Origin: Azolla caroliniana | Lineage: Eukaryota > Plantae > Polypodiophyta | Reading direction: 5' to 3' | Assembly: GCA_043228905.1 (NCBI GenBank) | Contig: JBHGNT010000013.1 | Coordinates: 11,718,001-11,782,000 of the forward strand | Length of the DNA: 64,000 nucleotides | Shown here: positions 47,462 to 61,470 of the stretch, in pieces | Position numbering within the stretch: the stretch's first letter is position 1 | How the letters are laid out: every line of letters starts with the position of its first letter | Notes under the pieces: generated by a model | Database searches by the model: none | The model's input: only the letters and a program-made list of their open reading frames with translations | What the model was told of the DNA's origin: nothing | Made by a program: the position numbers and the translations under genes

Positions 47462-50400
47462 TCAAGCATTAAACAGAGAGACCTGCCCCAATATGTGCTC
47501 ATGAACCTCTTGGGGGACCTTGTAGAAAATGTTGTATCCCTTAACCTTGTGCTTTGCTTGAGTCATATTGAACTTGATCACAATAATGGCAGCATCGTAG
47601 ATTATTGCGGTGGGTGCATCTCTTAGTAATGCATATGTGTTATTGCACTGCGGCAACTTTGCGTAATAGTTTCAATACACAACAGACTCACCAATGTTGA
47701 ACATGTTGCCCCAACCATCCCTCGCCACTTATTTCAATAATGTCTTCCCTTGCTTGCACACCACAATGTAGTAGTCTTCTAAATCTTCATTTTGAGGAGA
47801 TTTGAGCACTGCCAAATGATCTCCAACTTCCAATAAAATTGCTAAGTCTTCACGTTGGTTGTAGTATACAATATTGTTTGAATGTGCATCCTCTTCAATA
47901 TCATCTTGTTGTTCATGCTCAAGCTTCTGCAACTTCCAGGGCTCCACGATTGATAGGTTGATGCATTCATCCCAAGCTTCATCTATACACATGGAACAAA
48001 AGCATGATAAAGTATGGAGTAACAATTGTGTTGTGTCCTTGAGGCTAAACCCTAATATACAATGGATGATGTGTGTGCCTTTCACGGTTTTACAACCATA
48101 TGATTTAGTTCTATCGACCTCATCAACGTGAACCTCAACAAACAATCTGTTCTTACCATCATTTGACATCTTCCATCTTAGCCACTCCACAACATCATGT
48201 GCGTTTTGTAACTTTGCACCATTACTATCCAACTGCTCACTTGTAAGAGCATGTTTGATCACGGCCCCCGCGCCATCATGCTCTCCTTTTCCATGTCCAG
48301 ACCCGAAGTAGTTCCATTGCATACGAATGTTGAATAGGGAGAAGTACCTGCTTTTGTATCCTAGGTTTCCAACAAACATTAGTAACAATACTCTGACAGA
48401 AACATAATTAGTACGGATGGATTTGTACAAAATTACGTTGAAGCACAATACTATGTTAAAGAACAAGAATACTAACAAGGAAAAGATGATTAGTATAGAC
48501 TCACGTGAATGGACAATGCTATGTTGTCAATCGAGAGTACTATACATCCATTAATACTGATTTAGTATACATACAAAACAAAGCACAGTATAATGTATCC
48601 ATGGAGAACACTCTACACCGATTAAAAGATAAATAGTACTATGTTGCCAACCAAGAGTACTTAACATCCATTAGTATTGATTTAATACGGATACGTCACA
48701 AAGCATAGTACAATGTGTTCATGGAGAAACACTCTACATGTATTAAAAGATAATTAGTACAAACTCTTCAATATTGGGCAATACTATGTTGTTGACGACG
48801 AGTACTTTACATCCATTAATACTGATTTAGTACAGATACATCACACAATACAATACAATGTGTCTATGGAGAACGCTCAACATGGATTAAAAGATATCTA
48901 CTACAAACTCTTAAGAATAGACAATACTATGTTGTCAACGACGCGTACTTTACATCCTTCAATAAATACTGATTTAGTACAGATACAACACACAACACAA
49001 TACAATGTGTCTATGGAGAACACTCTACATGGATTAAAAGATAATAAACACATATTCACGAGAAAGGATAGTACTATGTGATCAATCAAGAACACTTAAC
49101 ATGGTTACAAACATAATTGGTATGCATGCATTTGTTTGAATAGTATTGTGTTGTCTATCAAGAGTTTTTTATGTAGATGAAAACGTAAAATAGTATTGAT
49201 GCACAAGGGCGAACAGAACTAAGTTGGAGGGGACGTGATGGGAGAATACCCGCTTGTCTTGCAAGAATACTAAAACAGTTAGTGTGTAGACAATTAGTAC
49301 AAACGCAATAGGGAGTACCATATTAAGATGTAAACTTTGAACCCAACAAGTAGGAGAATTACAAGTAGTACTGATTCACATGACGGATGAGCACGAAAGT
49401 ATTACTTCCTTAGACATTGCATTATAAGTACTAAACATATGGATTAAAAATTATCTGGCGATAAAGTAGAACGATCGTGTTGCCTTAAACTGCGAGGCAA
49501 CACCATTAGACCAGACCCAATGGCGGTTAAAGCTAAACCTGAGAGACAATAAATCTGCATGGTAAAGCTTAAAATAATGTTGAACAAATAGTGTATCATG
49601 CTTTTTATCATCCAAAATGTAAAATATTGATTTCTTATGTAACTCACTGCCTTGTCTCAAATAGCAAATATGTACAAGTATTGTAAATTGATCATTTTAC
49701 CAATGCATTGATTGAACCTCATTTTGAACTTTAAATGTATAGTTTTCTACAAAGTCAATAACGGATACCATGACACCCGGTGGTAAGTTATTAATACATT
49801 CCTTGAACTATGAATTTTTCCAATAACTCTGGAAGTTATGTGGAATGAACTCCCCAAGTTGTTTCTTAAATTCTGAGACAAGGGTAACATCACATGTCTC
49901 CTTATATACTTCTTTTATACGCTTACTAACAAGTCCCATACTCGAAAATATTTCCATTTCACAATATAACTATTTCCCAAGTCAAGCTCTTGTCCACAAA
50001 ATAATGATACGACGATGTACGACGATGCCACTCACATGATGGTTCTTTTTCACAAACACAAGACCTCCATAACTCAGAAACGGATGCATAAGTCATGTTT
50101 CCTGCATTACACCTATTATCCTCTCCATTTGGTCTACAAACCTCACAAGTGCAGACACATAATTCCCCGTTTATACCCTTAGAATCAGTAAGCATTGCAT
50201 TCACTCCAAGCCTTAACATGTCCATTTTCATGTGGTACACACAACAACATGTATTCCTCTCATTTAATTTTCTAACATAATATGGTTTCAAACCTTGGAA
50301 CTTGCGAAATCCAACAGTGATGCTTGGATGTTGGTCTTTAAAGTTCATGTACAATTCAACCTACATCAGCCAATATAGAGCAAACATTAATATACACTTG

Positions 50401-51056
50401 GTCAAAACAAAAAATTATGGAATGTGAATTGATATAAAAACATGGAATACCTCAGTCATCTCCAAGAAGTGTCTAGGGTGAATTGGGTACTTACCCCGAC
50501 TTATTCGTTGTCTACACACGTCCTTCTTGTTTGGTGAGACACGCGTATTTTTTGCCCAAAACGAATCCACTTTCTCAATAATCTCTTGAGACAAGGCATC
50601 ACATCGTCGTCTACGTCCTAACCCCACCCACTTGAATTGGCTTGAGTGTATATTTCAACGATGTTTCCTCAAGTTCCTTCTTTGAATACCCAGGGCTAAG
50701 GCAACTTTAGTATCACTATATTGTTTTTCTCTCGCACCGTTCACAACCATGTGTAGGGTTGCCCTCTTTGCAACAAGTTTGTCTATGCTCTCTACACCTT
50801 TCACTAGGTCTAGGGATGACTTCATAGACTCTACAATTTCTTCTGAAACACATTGGTCCCTAAATTTTATTCTCACCATGTCTTCATTCAAACGTTGATG
50901 GTGTAACACTCTACATATAATATCCTTACGATCCTCCTCACTAAATCTCTTCGCTATTTCTACCAAATAACGGACTATGTGAAGAACCACTCATCTCTTG
51001 GTCCTTTCGGATATACATGACTTACTTGACAACTCACTCTCGTTGGGGACTATCAT
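47462..51056 (-). pseudogene. Intron-containing DNA transposase pseudogene, Sola2-like
   Basis: FK..HP.I.VG..KF..LKP..V...CCC..H; IDFVENY...QNEVQSMHW (~49755); WS(D>N)GVASQFK (~49505); WNYFGSGHGKGEHDGAG (~48290); SCFC..C. Introns 50361-50450 (GT-AG) and ~48348-49454. Confidence 0.65.
48510..49100. repeat. Degenerate tandem array (4-5 units, ~120-145 bp) inside the transposase intron
   Basis: ctatgttgtcaa...gtact.tacatcc.ttaatactgatttagtac...atggagaacactctaca..gattaaaagata, repeated. Confidence 0.75.
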
Positions 51057-51173
51057 GGTCACTAGATTTATCCAAAAAAATTAAGTGTCTTGCGAGAGTA
51101 GTTAATGTTATATAGACTACACTAAGAAATCACTGTCACATGTTTTTAAATGCGGCCTGCAAAGTGAGAAATC

Positions 51174-51385
51174 ATTTCAAAAATGACAAATAATCATTTC
51201 TTTATTCACAGATTTCTAAAAATGAAATACATTTCAAAAATGACAAATAATCATTTCTTTATTCACAAATACGTTAGAAATATGTTTCAAAAATGACAAA
51301 TAATCATTTCTTTATTCACAAATACGTTAGAAATATGTTTCAAAAATGACAAATAATCATTTCTTTATTCACAGATTTCTGAAAA
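51174..51385. repeat. Four ~52-57-bp tandem repeats upstream of the transposase
   Basis: tttcaaaaatgacaaataatcatttctttattcaca x4. Confidence 0.85.
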
Positions 51386-52178
51386 TGGGAAATTTTAGTA
51401 CTGAAAATGAAAAACTAGATTTCCAAATATGAGACTAGATAGAATTCTGAAAATGTCAAAATTAAGAATAGGGGTGCTTACCAAATAAATCAATTATCGT
51501 CGAAGTCTCAAACAGGTATTGGAATACATTCAAATGAGTGGAAGAAGTGACGAAGGTGAATGCGGTATTGTGCCTCCAATCGGTGGACAAACCCTCAAAT
51601 TGATGGAGGATGCATTGTATTTCAACGATAATATGCCTCAAATCAGTGGAGGGAGCTTCGAATCTGTGTGATATTTGCCTCGATTCGATGGAAGGATCCT
51701 CGACTCAATGGAATAAGCCTCAAATCACTGCAAGATGAAAACTACAATCGGTGGAAGAACCCTGAAATCGTTCTCGAAGAAGTCACTAATGGCTGTTATA
51801 AGAGGCCTCAGATCAGTCTCTAATCCTCAACTCAAACCCTAAAACATGTTTAGTGTTGAAGCACCCAAATATCTCAGATAAGGTTTACGCACTCTAACGA
51901 TATACATGCGTAATAAAACCCTGAGATGGGAGGACAACCCAAAACTTGACATGGATGTCTGAGATGAAGAGCTCAAAGAAACTCAGAGGTATAGAGGGAG
52001 AGGAGTTGGTGTGAGGGGAAGCGCCAAAAAACGTTCAAATCCACGTGAGGGGAAAATAGCCCCACAAATGGAAATAACATCTCCTTGCATGCTCCCCCCA
52101 TGCATTGTCTTGAATGTCACTTGTACTACACTCACCCCACTCCCCAAAATCAAATGTTTTTTTCTCTTATTTTTTTAC

Positions 52179-55100
52179 TGTAAAAGATTATGTGTTGAAG
52201 CAATATAGGAAACCGAACAACAGAAAACACAGGTTTAATGGAAAGCTTAGGTTTGCACAGTACGTACGGGAGAGAGAGAGAGAGAGAGAGTAAAACACAA
52301 GAAAATTCAATTTCAAAAACTAACACTCTGTACATACATCGTGCTCAGTGAGCACCTTTTATACAAGCCCTGACAATGGGCTGACACAAGTACTAACAGT
52401 ACTTGACTGCTCATAAATGAGCATTGACTCTTACTCCCAAAACTATTCCTTACGAGGAATATCTCTCTAACGGCCTTTCGGTTTACGCACCGGTCTGCGT
52501 ATCGGTTTCCAACCGATCCGGTTCTCGACTTGCTTAGCCGATCCGGCCGATGTTGAGCTTGTCTCTCAACACTCCCCCTCAAGCTCAACTTGAGGTTCTT
52601 CAGGATCTTCCTGATCACCGCTCCGGTTCCTCCTGGCTCCACGCCTCGCTCGCGCTCCTCAGCCTATTCGACTCCGCGCGCTTAGACCCGTCCGGTCGAC
52701 TTGTCTGCTCCCATGGCCCTTCACAACTCCCTTGTTGTCGCGGTGTTGGCGCTTCTTCTGCTGCCTTCTTTTCTGCTTGGCCCTCGGTCGATTCAGTGTA
52801 TCCGAATCAAACATCTGAACCGACTCGGCTACCTCCGATCGGTTTTCGCTCTCGTCCGAGTTGGCTGTCTCCAACTCGACTTCGGTCTTCTCGCCCTTGA
52901 CGGCGTCATCTCCCCCATGCTTGGTTGGCTTCGGCTCTTTCTTTTGGTTGTTCCCCTTATGTCCGCTTCTGGACTCTTCCGCGAATCCGCCCTCGGCTTC
53001 TTCAGCCGATCCGAAGTCGAATTCGTCATCCGACTTGGTGTCACAGCCTCTTCAGCTCCCTTCCTGCTCCCTTGCTCGGTCTTTCGAGACTGTTCTCCCC
53101 CTCAAGTTTGGCACGTCGAGGTGACGCAACCCAAGCGCACCCGAGAATTGCCGCAACTTGTCCAGACCAAGGGGCTTGGTGAAGATGTCAGCAATTTGCC
53201 GATCCGTCGAAACATACTGAAGTTCGACATCACCAGAAAGGACACACTCACAGACAAAATGGTAGTGCACCTCAATGTGCTTGGTCCATGCGTGGAAAAC
53301 AGGGTTCTTCGCGAGTTGGATGTTGTTGAGGTTGTCGCAGTAGATCATCGTCGGATCGGACACCTCCTCATGCAGGTCCTTAAGTAGCCGCTTCAACCAT
53401 ATGGCTTCGCATGTTGCGACAACCGCTCCTCTATACTCGGCTTCGATGCTCCACAGTGCAACTGTCGGCTGCTTCTTACTGCTCCACGCTATCGCAACAC
53501 TCCCAAGAGAGAACGCGTATCCGGACATGGATCGGCGATCAACGGCGTTGCCAGCCCAATCAGCATCGGTGTAGCCGACCAATTGTGAGGTTGTACCGGT
53601 CCGATATAGCAATCCCCAGTCCTTAGTGCCACTTACGTACCGCAGTACGCATTGCGCACACTGAAGGTGCTCCTCGGTAGTTCGCGCCATGAACTGACTG
53701 ATCACCCTGACCGGATAACTGAGATCGGGTCGGATGATTGTCAAGTAGATAAGGCTTCCGACAATTTGTCGGAACCTCGTCGGGTCGCATACCTTGCCGG
53801 AATTGGGGCGAAGCTTGACGGTTCTATACAGAGGAGTCAAGACGGACTTATAGTCGACCATCCCGAATTTGAAGAGCAAACTCAGCACATAATGGCGTTG
53901 GCTGATCAATATATGCCTTCAGGGGTGCGGATCACTTCGATCCCAAGGAAGTAATGAAGATCCCCCAAATCCTTCATGTCGAACAATGCCGCAAGCTGGA
54001 GCTTCACGCGGTCGATTTCTCCTAGGTCGGCGCCGGTGATGACCAAGTCATCAACATATAGTAAAATATTGACTAGACCAACTCGACCTTTCCAGATGAA
54101 CAGGGAAGAGTCCGATTTTGACGTTGCAAAGCCCATCTGACGCAGTTGCTGCGTGATCTTCGCATTCCAAGCACGCGGGGCTTGCTTCACTCCGTAAAGG
54201 GACTTCTTCAATCGGCACACTGCCGACGTGTTCGTTCCGGAGTGAAATCCGGGGGGTTGTACCATGTACACCTGTTCCTCAAGCTCACCTTGCAAGAACG
54301 CATTCTTTACATCCATCTAATGTAAGTGCCACCCCTTTGCCGCAACTACCACGAGCAAAACACGGACGGTCGTCATCTTCACGACTGGCGCAAACGTCTC
54401 ATCGTAGTCAATGCCGTGTTTCTGTGTGTAGCCCTTTGCCACTAACCGGTCCTTGTATCGGTTCACCGAGCCGTCAGTGTTGTACTTGACCTTGAAAACC
54501 CACCTACATCCGATCACCTTCACACCCTTCGGTGCGTCAACTAGGTCCCAGGTCTCATTTTTCGCCAATGCGTGCATCTCTTCCTCCATCGCGGCGCGCC
54601 AATTCGCGTCCTTAGCCGCTTTTGCGTAGCTCTCCGGTTCACGCACTTCCGCTACATAGGTCATGTACGCATAATGATGCGCCATGTACTCGTTGTATCC
54701 GAACCGCACAACTGGGTTCTTCTGGTGGGTAGATTGGCGTAATCGGTCATTAGCCGATGTCGAGGTCTTTTCGGCCGACGTGGACTTCGCTCTTGAAGAC
54801 CTATCACCGCTTCCCTCAGAGTCGGACTCGCGTCGGTCTGACTCGTTCCTATCCGTGCCGGAATCTGACACCTTCTTCTTCCCTTTCTCTTTGCGCGTAA
54901 GCCGTCTCCTCGGCTTACTACGCGGGGAATGCACGGCCGAGTCTCCACTACTCGCCGGCTCTTCATTGAACTGGTCGAACCGACTCAATCGTCCATTCGG
55001 TCGACTTAACCGAAACGAAATCGGACTCTCTTCGCGGGTCCCGATTTCAAGCTCATCCAGAGGCATCTCAATCTCACTGACCTCATCGTCAGACCTCGGA

Positions 55101-58100
55101 TTGGAGTTGAGATCCGGAGTCGGAGGCAAGTACCAAGACGTGGATTCATCAAACACAACGTCGCGGCTCACGCTCGCTTATTTGGTGTGCGGGTTATAAC
55201 ACTTATAACCCTTCTGCTCGTCCAAGTAACCGACAAAGATACATTTCTCGGCCTTTGCGTCCAACTTCCTCTGTTTCTCCTTCGGCACATGCGCATATGC
55301 AATGCTATCGAAGACTCGTAAGTGTCGCAAGTTCGGCTTCGTTTCGAAATATAGCTCGTGCGCCGACACTTTTTCTCCGATCCGATTCTGGATGTATACC
55401 GCGGTTCGTACCGCCTCAGCCCAATAGAACTTGGGCAAGCTCTTCTCCTCCAACTTCCTTTGTTTCTCCTTCGGCACATGCGCATATGCAATGCTATCGA
55501 AGACTCGTAAGTGTCGCAAGTTCGGCTTCGTTCCGAAATATAGCTCGTGCGCCGACACTTTTTCTCCGATCCGATTCTGGATGTATACCGCGGTTCGTAC
55601 CTCCTCGGCCCAATAGAACTTGGGCAAGCTCTTCTCCTCCAGCATTTCCCGTGCTGCTTCCACAACCGACCGATTTTTCCTCTCGGACACGTTGTTTTGC
55701 TTCGGCGTGTTTCTACAATTGAATTCGCGCCGAATTCCCATCTGTTGCAGATAGCCGTTGAATTGACCGGAAAAGTACTCTTTTCCGCCATCCGACCGCA
55801 AGCACTTGATCTTTCTTCTTGTTTCCATTTCCAAGAACCTTTTGAGGTCCCGAAAACAATCGAAGACTTCGCTCTTCCTCTCAATGAGGTAGATCCACGT
55901 GTGCCGCGTGTAGTCGTCAATGAAGGAGACGAAATATCGGCTCCCGCCAAGACTAACGTTTTGTGCCGTTCCCACACATCGGAGTGTATCAAGTCGAGCT
56001 TTTTCCGGCTCCGGGTACACTCGTTGGTGAAAGGAAGTTGGTGTTGCTTCCCAAGCTGGCAGGCTTCACAAATTTGTACCTTCCGGCCACTAAATTTGGG
56101 CAATCCGAACACCACTTGTTTCGATTGCAGGTCTTGAAGCCGCTAATAGTTAACGTGGCCTATCCTCTTGTGCCATAAGTCGATGTCCGACTCAACTTTC
56201 TGTCCCTTTGCGAACATTGCGGTGCCACCGTTAGTAGAGTCGAGGATGAACATCCTCCCATCTCTGTGCCCTTGCGCAATAACACGGCCTTCTTCCTCAA
56301 TTAAGCACCCAAGGTGTGTAAACCGGACCTCCATCCCTTGGTCGACGATCTGTCCGACCGACACCAAGTTCTTTGTGATTGTCGGGACGTGTAGCACGTT
56401 CATGATTTTCCCTTTCTGCCCGACATGGCTCAGGGGAACTTCTCCGACATTTGCGATCGGATGCAAAGTGTCGTCTCCGGTTGCGACTACGCCTGGTTGC
56501 ATCGGTTTTTCTAGGTACGAGGACCACTCCTTATGGCTCGTCATGTGATTTGACGCGCCGGAGTCGATGTACCACACCTCGTCCGATTTCGGGGTGGTCT
56601 GCTTCATTGAGTTTGCTTCGTGTCTTGTCACGAAGACTTACCCTTTTCCGGCTTCTCCGGATCCTTCGGCGTAGTGTGATCACTGCCGATTTCCTTTGTC
56701 GGTATGTCTGGAACCAGTTCTCTCCGACTCGACTCGCTTTTTCCAGCACTCGCTCTCCCTGTGGCCTTTCTTGCCACAGTACCAACATTCTGCGGCGGAT
56801 TTCCCTTGCCGGTTCTCGTCGCCTCGACTCCCCCTGTTTCCGGAGGGTCCGGAATTGCTGTCGGCATCACTTCGGTGCCTTCTTCCTTGATCCCGTCCGC
56901 CGCCTCCATTGCGTACCGACTCGCCTCGTCCGCCACGACCACGGGGCCTATCTCCCTCCATGTACAGCATCTTGTTGTCGGCATGCGTGCTTGTCGACGC
57001 ACCCGCGTGGTTCTCCTCGATAAGGAGCATCGACTGTAAGTCGAAAAATGACAGCGTATTCTCCCGTGTACACACAGCAGTTCGGAACGCTCCGAACTTT
57101 GACGCCAAACCCCCGAGACAGACCTATACCATCTCGCTTTCCTCGATGTTCACATCGATGGAAGCTAAGGAGTCGTAGATGTCCTTGATCGTCGAGGTAT
57201 AGTCAGCCATCGACAAATCGCGTTGTCGTAGGTTGCTCAACTCCTATCGGAGTTAAAGCTTCCTGGCTATGGTGCTCGCGGCGAAGACCTTCTTCAAATT
57301 TTCCCTCGCACCCTTCGGCGTTTTTGCATCCCGAACGTAGCTTAATAGATGTTCGCCCACACAACACGCGAAACAGTACAACACTCTGCTCGCCGATTGT
57401 TCCCACGCCGGGAAGTCTTTGTGCGTCGATTCGGGTGCCGCGTCATTCGCTCCTTCGACCTAGCTCCAGTAACCATGCCCAAGTAGGTACTGGTGCATCT
57501 TGTAGGCCCAAGATGCGTAGTTAGTTCTGTCGAGCTTCTCCGTCGGAAGCGAGCTAGCCATTCCTCTGTCCATCGGTTTTCTTGTTCTTCTTCGTTGGTT
57601 TTCCTTCACGCAAAGTCGGCTGCAGAGGTTCTCAACCCTCGCGCTCTGATACCATGTAAAAGATTATGTGCGGAAGCAATATAGGAAACCGAACAATAGA
57701 AAACGCAGGTTTAATGGAAAGCTTAGGTTTGCACAGTACGCACGGGAGAGACAGAGAGAGACAGAGAGAGAGACAGAGAGAGACAGAGAGAGAGTAAAAC
57801 ACAAGAAAAATCAATTTCAAAAACTAACACTCTGTACATACATCGTGCTCAGTGAGCACCTTTTATACAAGCCCTGACAATGGGCAGACACAAGTACTGA
57901 CAGTACTTGACTGCTCATAAATGAGCATCGACTCTTACTCCCAAAACTATTCCTTACGAGGAATATCTCTCTAACGGCGTTTCGGTTTACGCACCAATAC
58001 GGCCTTCCTACGCATCGGTCTACATACCGGTTTCCAACCGATCCGGCCTAACCGATCGGTCCCAACTGATCCGGTCCTCAGCTTGCTCAGCCGATCTGGC

Positions 58101-58124
58101 CGATGTTGAGCTTGTCTCTCAACA
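52179..58124 (-). mobile_element. Element L: full-length degenerate Ty1/copia
   Basis: LTRs 52179-52571 and 57655-58124, TSD TTTAC, PPT 52572-52579, tRNA-iMet PBS 57641-57654. Confidence 0.95.
52566..57561 (-). pseudogene. Copia gag-pol of L with frameshifts and stops, a 189-bp integrase duplication and a C-terminal extension
   Basis: CWYCGKKGHRESEC, IDSGASNH, WHKRIGH, FIDD/SDGG, YVDD, YTDADWAG, TKHIEVHYHF. Confidence 0.88.
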
Positions 58125-58210
58125 TTTACCAATTATTTAGTACTAACAGTATCGAAAGGACTGACGTTTTTTGTGGCAAAAAACTATACTTTTCTGGTAC
58201 ACCGTAATGT

Positions 58211-61200
58211 GCTGCAACCTCGGACGCATGCACCACTCCTGTGATGGCCAAAGAAGACGAATGCAAACCGGACACCGAAGCGCTCATGGAGCTCCGTAGG
58301 GCGCAGGACGCATTTGAACGAGAGATGGAGATTTCTGGACGGGTCATGACGTCGGCATTAGAAGAAATCAATGTCGGAACCACCAAAGAACCGTGACCAC
58401 TCTCAATTGCGAAGGATTTACCGCCTTCCGAGAAGATGGCCCTGATCGAACTACTACGGGAGTATAAAGATGTGTTCGCATGGTCACACAAAGACATGAA
58501 AGGGCTGGATCTGAAATTTTACCAACACCAGATCGACCTCTCGACAGACGTGAAGCTAGTCCAACAACATCGATATTGAATGAGCCCGAACTACGCAGAT
58601 AAACTTTTAAAAATCGGATTCAATCGATCTGTCAGAAAGGCAACCTAGCTGCGTCTAATCGTCGTAGTGTCGAAGAAAAACAGAAAAATCCGCGTACGCA
58701 TTGACTATAGGAAATTGAATGTGGTTACACTAACCGACACATTTCCCCTACCATTCACGAATGGGGTGCTGGACGTAGTGGTCGGCCACGAAATGTACAG
58801 CTTCTTAGATAGCTTTAGTGGCTACAACCATATTCGCATCCATTTGGATGATCGGGAGAAGATGGCGTTCGTAATAGACTAGGGTGTATTTGTAGCAGTC
58901 GTGATGATGTTCGGGCTCAAAACCGTGCCGACAACATTTCTACACATCATCATGGAAATTTTCAACGAATACATACCCCCCTTTATGCAGGTCTTCCTCG
59001 ATGATTTTGCAATTTATAGCGTGCGAACAAACCACCTTCGCCATTTACGGGTATGTTTGGAACGATGCCAATCGGCGAGGCTTAGCCTCAATCCGGCCAA
59101 GTGCGTGGTCGGCGTTACAAGTGCCACGCTCCTCGGCCATATAGTAAGTCGCGAAGGCATTGCGGTTGACCTAGGGAAAATCAAGGCGATCATCGAAGCA
59201 CTGGCCCCGAAGAATGTCAAAGCCCTGAGTCGAATCCTCGGACAAATCTGATGGCATAGTTGGATGTTGCGCTACCTAGTTGATTTCGCGACACCTCTAC
59301 ATGCGGCAATGCATCGTCCGCCATTCCAATGGACAGAAATAGAGGACAAAGCATACATGGCCGTTAAGGTAATGCTAACACAAGCACCAGTTGTCCAACC
59401 ACCGGACTGGACGCGGCCATTTCACGCGTTTGTCGATGCGTTGGACATCGCAATCGTCAATGCTCTCATGCAATTGACCGAGCCGAACTGGTATCGGTTG
59501 GTCTATTATTCGAGCTAAAAACTTTCGACTGCTGAACGGAACTACTCCACTACCGAACAGGAAGCCCTAGGGATGGTCTACAACATAAACAAATTTTGAC
59601 ACTACCTATTGGGTCGGAAGTTCGTGTTTCATGTGGATCATCCGGCCCTCTTATACCTTGTCTCCAAACAGTCGCTCACAGGAAGCTGGCTAGACGGATG
59701 TTGTTCATGCAAGAGTTCGAATTTGAAATTCAGCATCGGCCAGGAACTCAACACCTGTAGCGAACTACTTAAGCCGCGTCAAGAATGGAGAAGACACCAT
59801 AGGTGGTGATGACGATTTTCCGGACAGTGGAATATTATGAATTTCGGCCACAGAGGCCGAAGCGGAAACAATGCCGCCAGAGGACAAATGGCTCGAAGAG
59901 ATGAGTCATTTCTTGACTACCAGATTGCCTCCCCCGCAGATGCGGAGAGATGAAAAGAAGCGTTCGGCAATCTACATCCGGATTTTTTGTCTATTAGAGA
60001 CAATGCGTCGATGTGTCCAAAGCGACGAAAAGGTGACGATACTACGGGAAGCGCACTGCGGCATTACCGACGAACATTACGTTGGGGAGTCGATAGCTCA
60101 GAAATTCTGGCAGAGTGGCCTCTGTTGGCCAACTACACAAAAGGATGCGAAGACATATTGTCAACAGTGTGATCTTTGCCAACGAATGGGCCAGCCAACG
60201 GAACACACCCGAATGTTGCACCAACCAGTGCTACCCTTGGAACCTTTCAAGAAATGGGTCCTAGATTTTGTCAACCCTTTCACCCCAACAACAACGCATA
60301 CTAGAAATTGATACATCCTCGTGGCCATGGATTATTGCACAAAATGGGTGGAGGCAACGGCACTTAGCGACAACACAGCAGCTTCAACGGCGAAATTCTT
60401 GTACAAAACCATCTGGTGCCGTTTCGGTTGTCCCATAGAGCTAATTAGCGATCAAGGGAGGCATTTTATGAACAAGGTGGTACGCGAATTAACGAATCAT
60501 TACGTGGTCATACACAAGAAGAGTACCCCCTACTACCCCCAAGCAAATGGACTAGCGGAATTGTCGAACAAAACTTTACAGAACATTCTAAAGAAAATCA
60601 TCAACGAGAATCGGGTAGACTGGGATATAAAGCTCCAAAACGCACTCTAGGCATATCGTACGAGCTTCAAGACAAGTACCCAGTCGACGACATTCCGACT
60701 AGCGTTCAAACTAGAGGCTATGATGCCAATCGAATTTCGGGTTCCGAGTCTTCACATACAAGTCCGTGAACATTTGTTTGAAAATGTGTCGGAGCAAGTC
60801 TAGCTCCAACAGCTTTTGGAACTTGGCGAAGATCATATCGTCAGCATGGCGAACTTGGAGCAAAAGAAAAGACGGTGCAAGGCCTTTGTCGATAGGCATC
60901 AAAAAGGCAAAGAAAAGGACTTTGAAATCGACAAAGTCGTATTAGTGTTCCAAACATGCATGGGGCAGATGAACGGAAAACTTCGATTTCGATGGACCGG
61001 ACCGTACTGGATCACAAATATCAAAAACGGCACTTTCGAACTCAGGATGCTAGCTGAAGAAGTCTTGCCCAACAAAGTCAACGGATTCCGGCTAAAACCA
61101 TATTTGGGGCCCACGCCACCAAACCCATTTTCGAAAAAGCTGGACACACTAACTGCCGAATCACTCCCTGCCAAAAGCAACTTTGCAAGATTGACCCCAC

Positions 61201-61470
61201 TCTCTCTAAATCGAGGGGAAGTTAATGAACCATTATTGTACCATGATTGTAAATTACCATTTTACTCGAAAAAAAGAAAAGAAAAAAAGGGGCATTCAAA
61301 CATATTTAAAGCCTTTTATTTAAAACCTTTTACATGCAGACATGCAGTCCAAGAAAGGCAATTAAGTACTCATTCACACGCGTGGCAATGGCTCGATGAA
61401 TCTTGATCAAGGACCTCTCTCGCCCCTCGTCACAAAAAGAAGAACGTAGCGTCTTCTCTCACATTTCTCA
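58211..61470 (+). mobile_element. Element M: degenerate gypsy pol fragment related to F (RT-RNase H-integrase), no LTRs in view
   Basis: Collinear with F (FEREMEIS, FLDDF, QANGLAE, LRFRWTGPY, LKPYLGPTPP), with many stops. Confidence 0.85.

Noticed and set aside
47729-48478. Hydrophobic N-terminus suggesting a membrane or secreted host protein
   Set aside because: The first ~43 codons are intron read in frame (acceptor at 48348-48349); the rest is transposase.
52701-53387. 228-aa hydrophobic plus-strand ORF (env-like?)
   Set aside because: Antisense shadow of L's RNase H and charged tail, with a non-ATG start.
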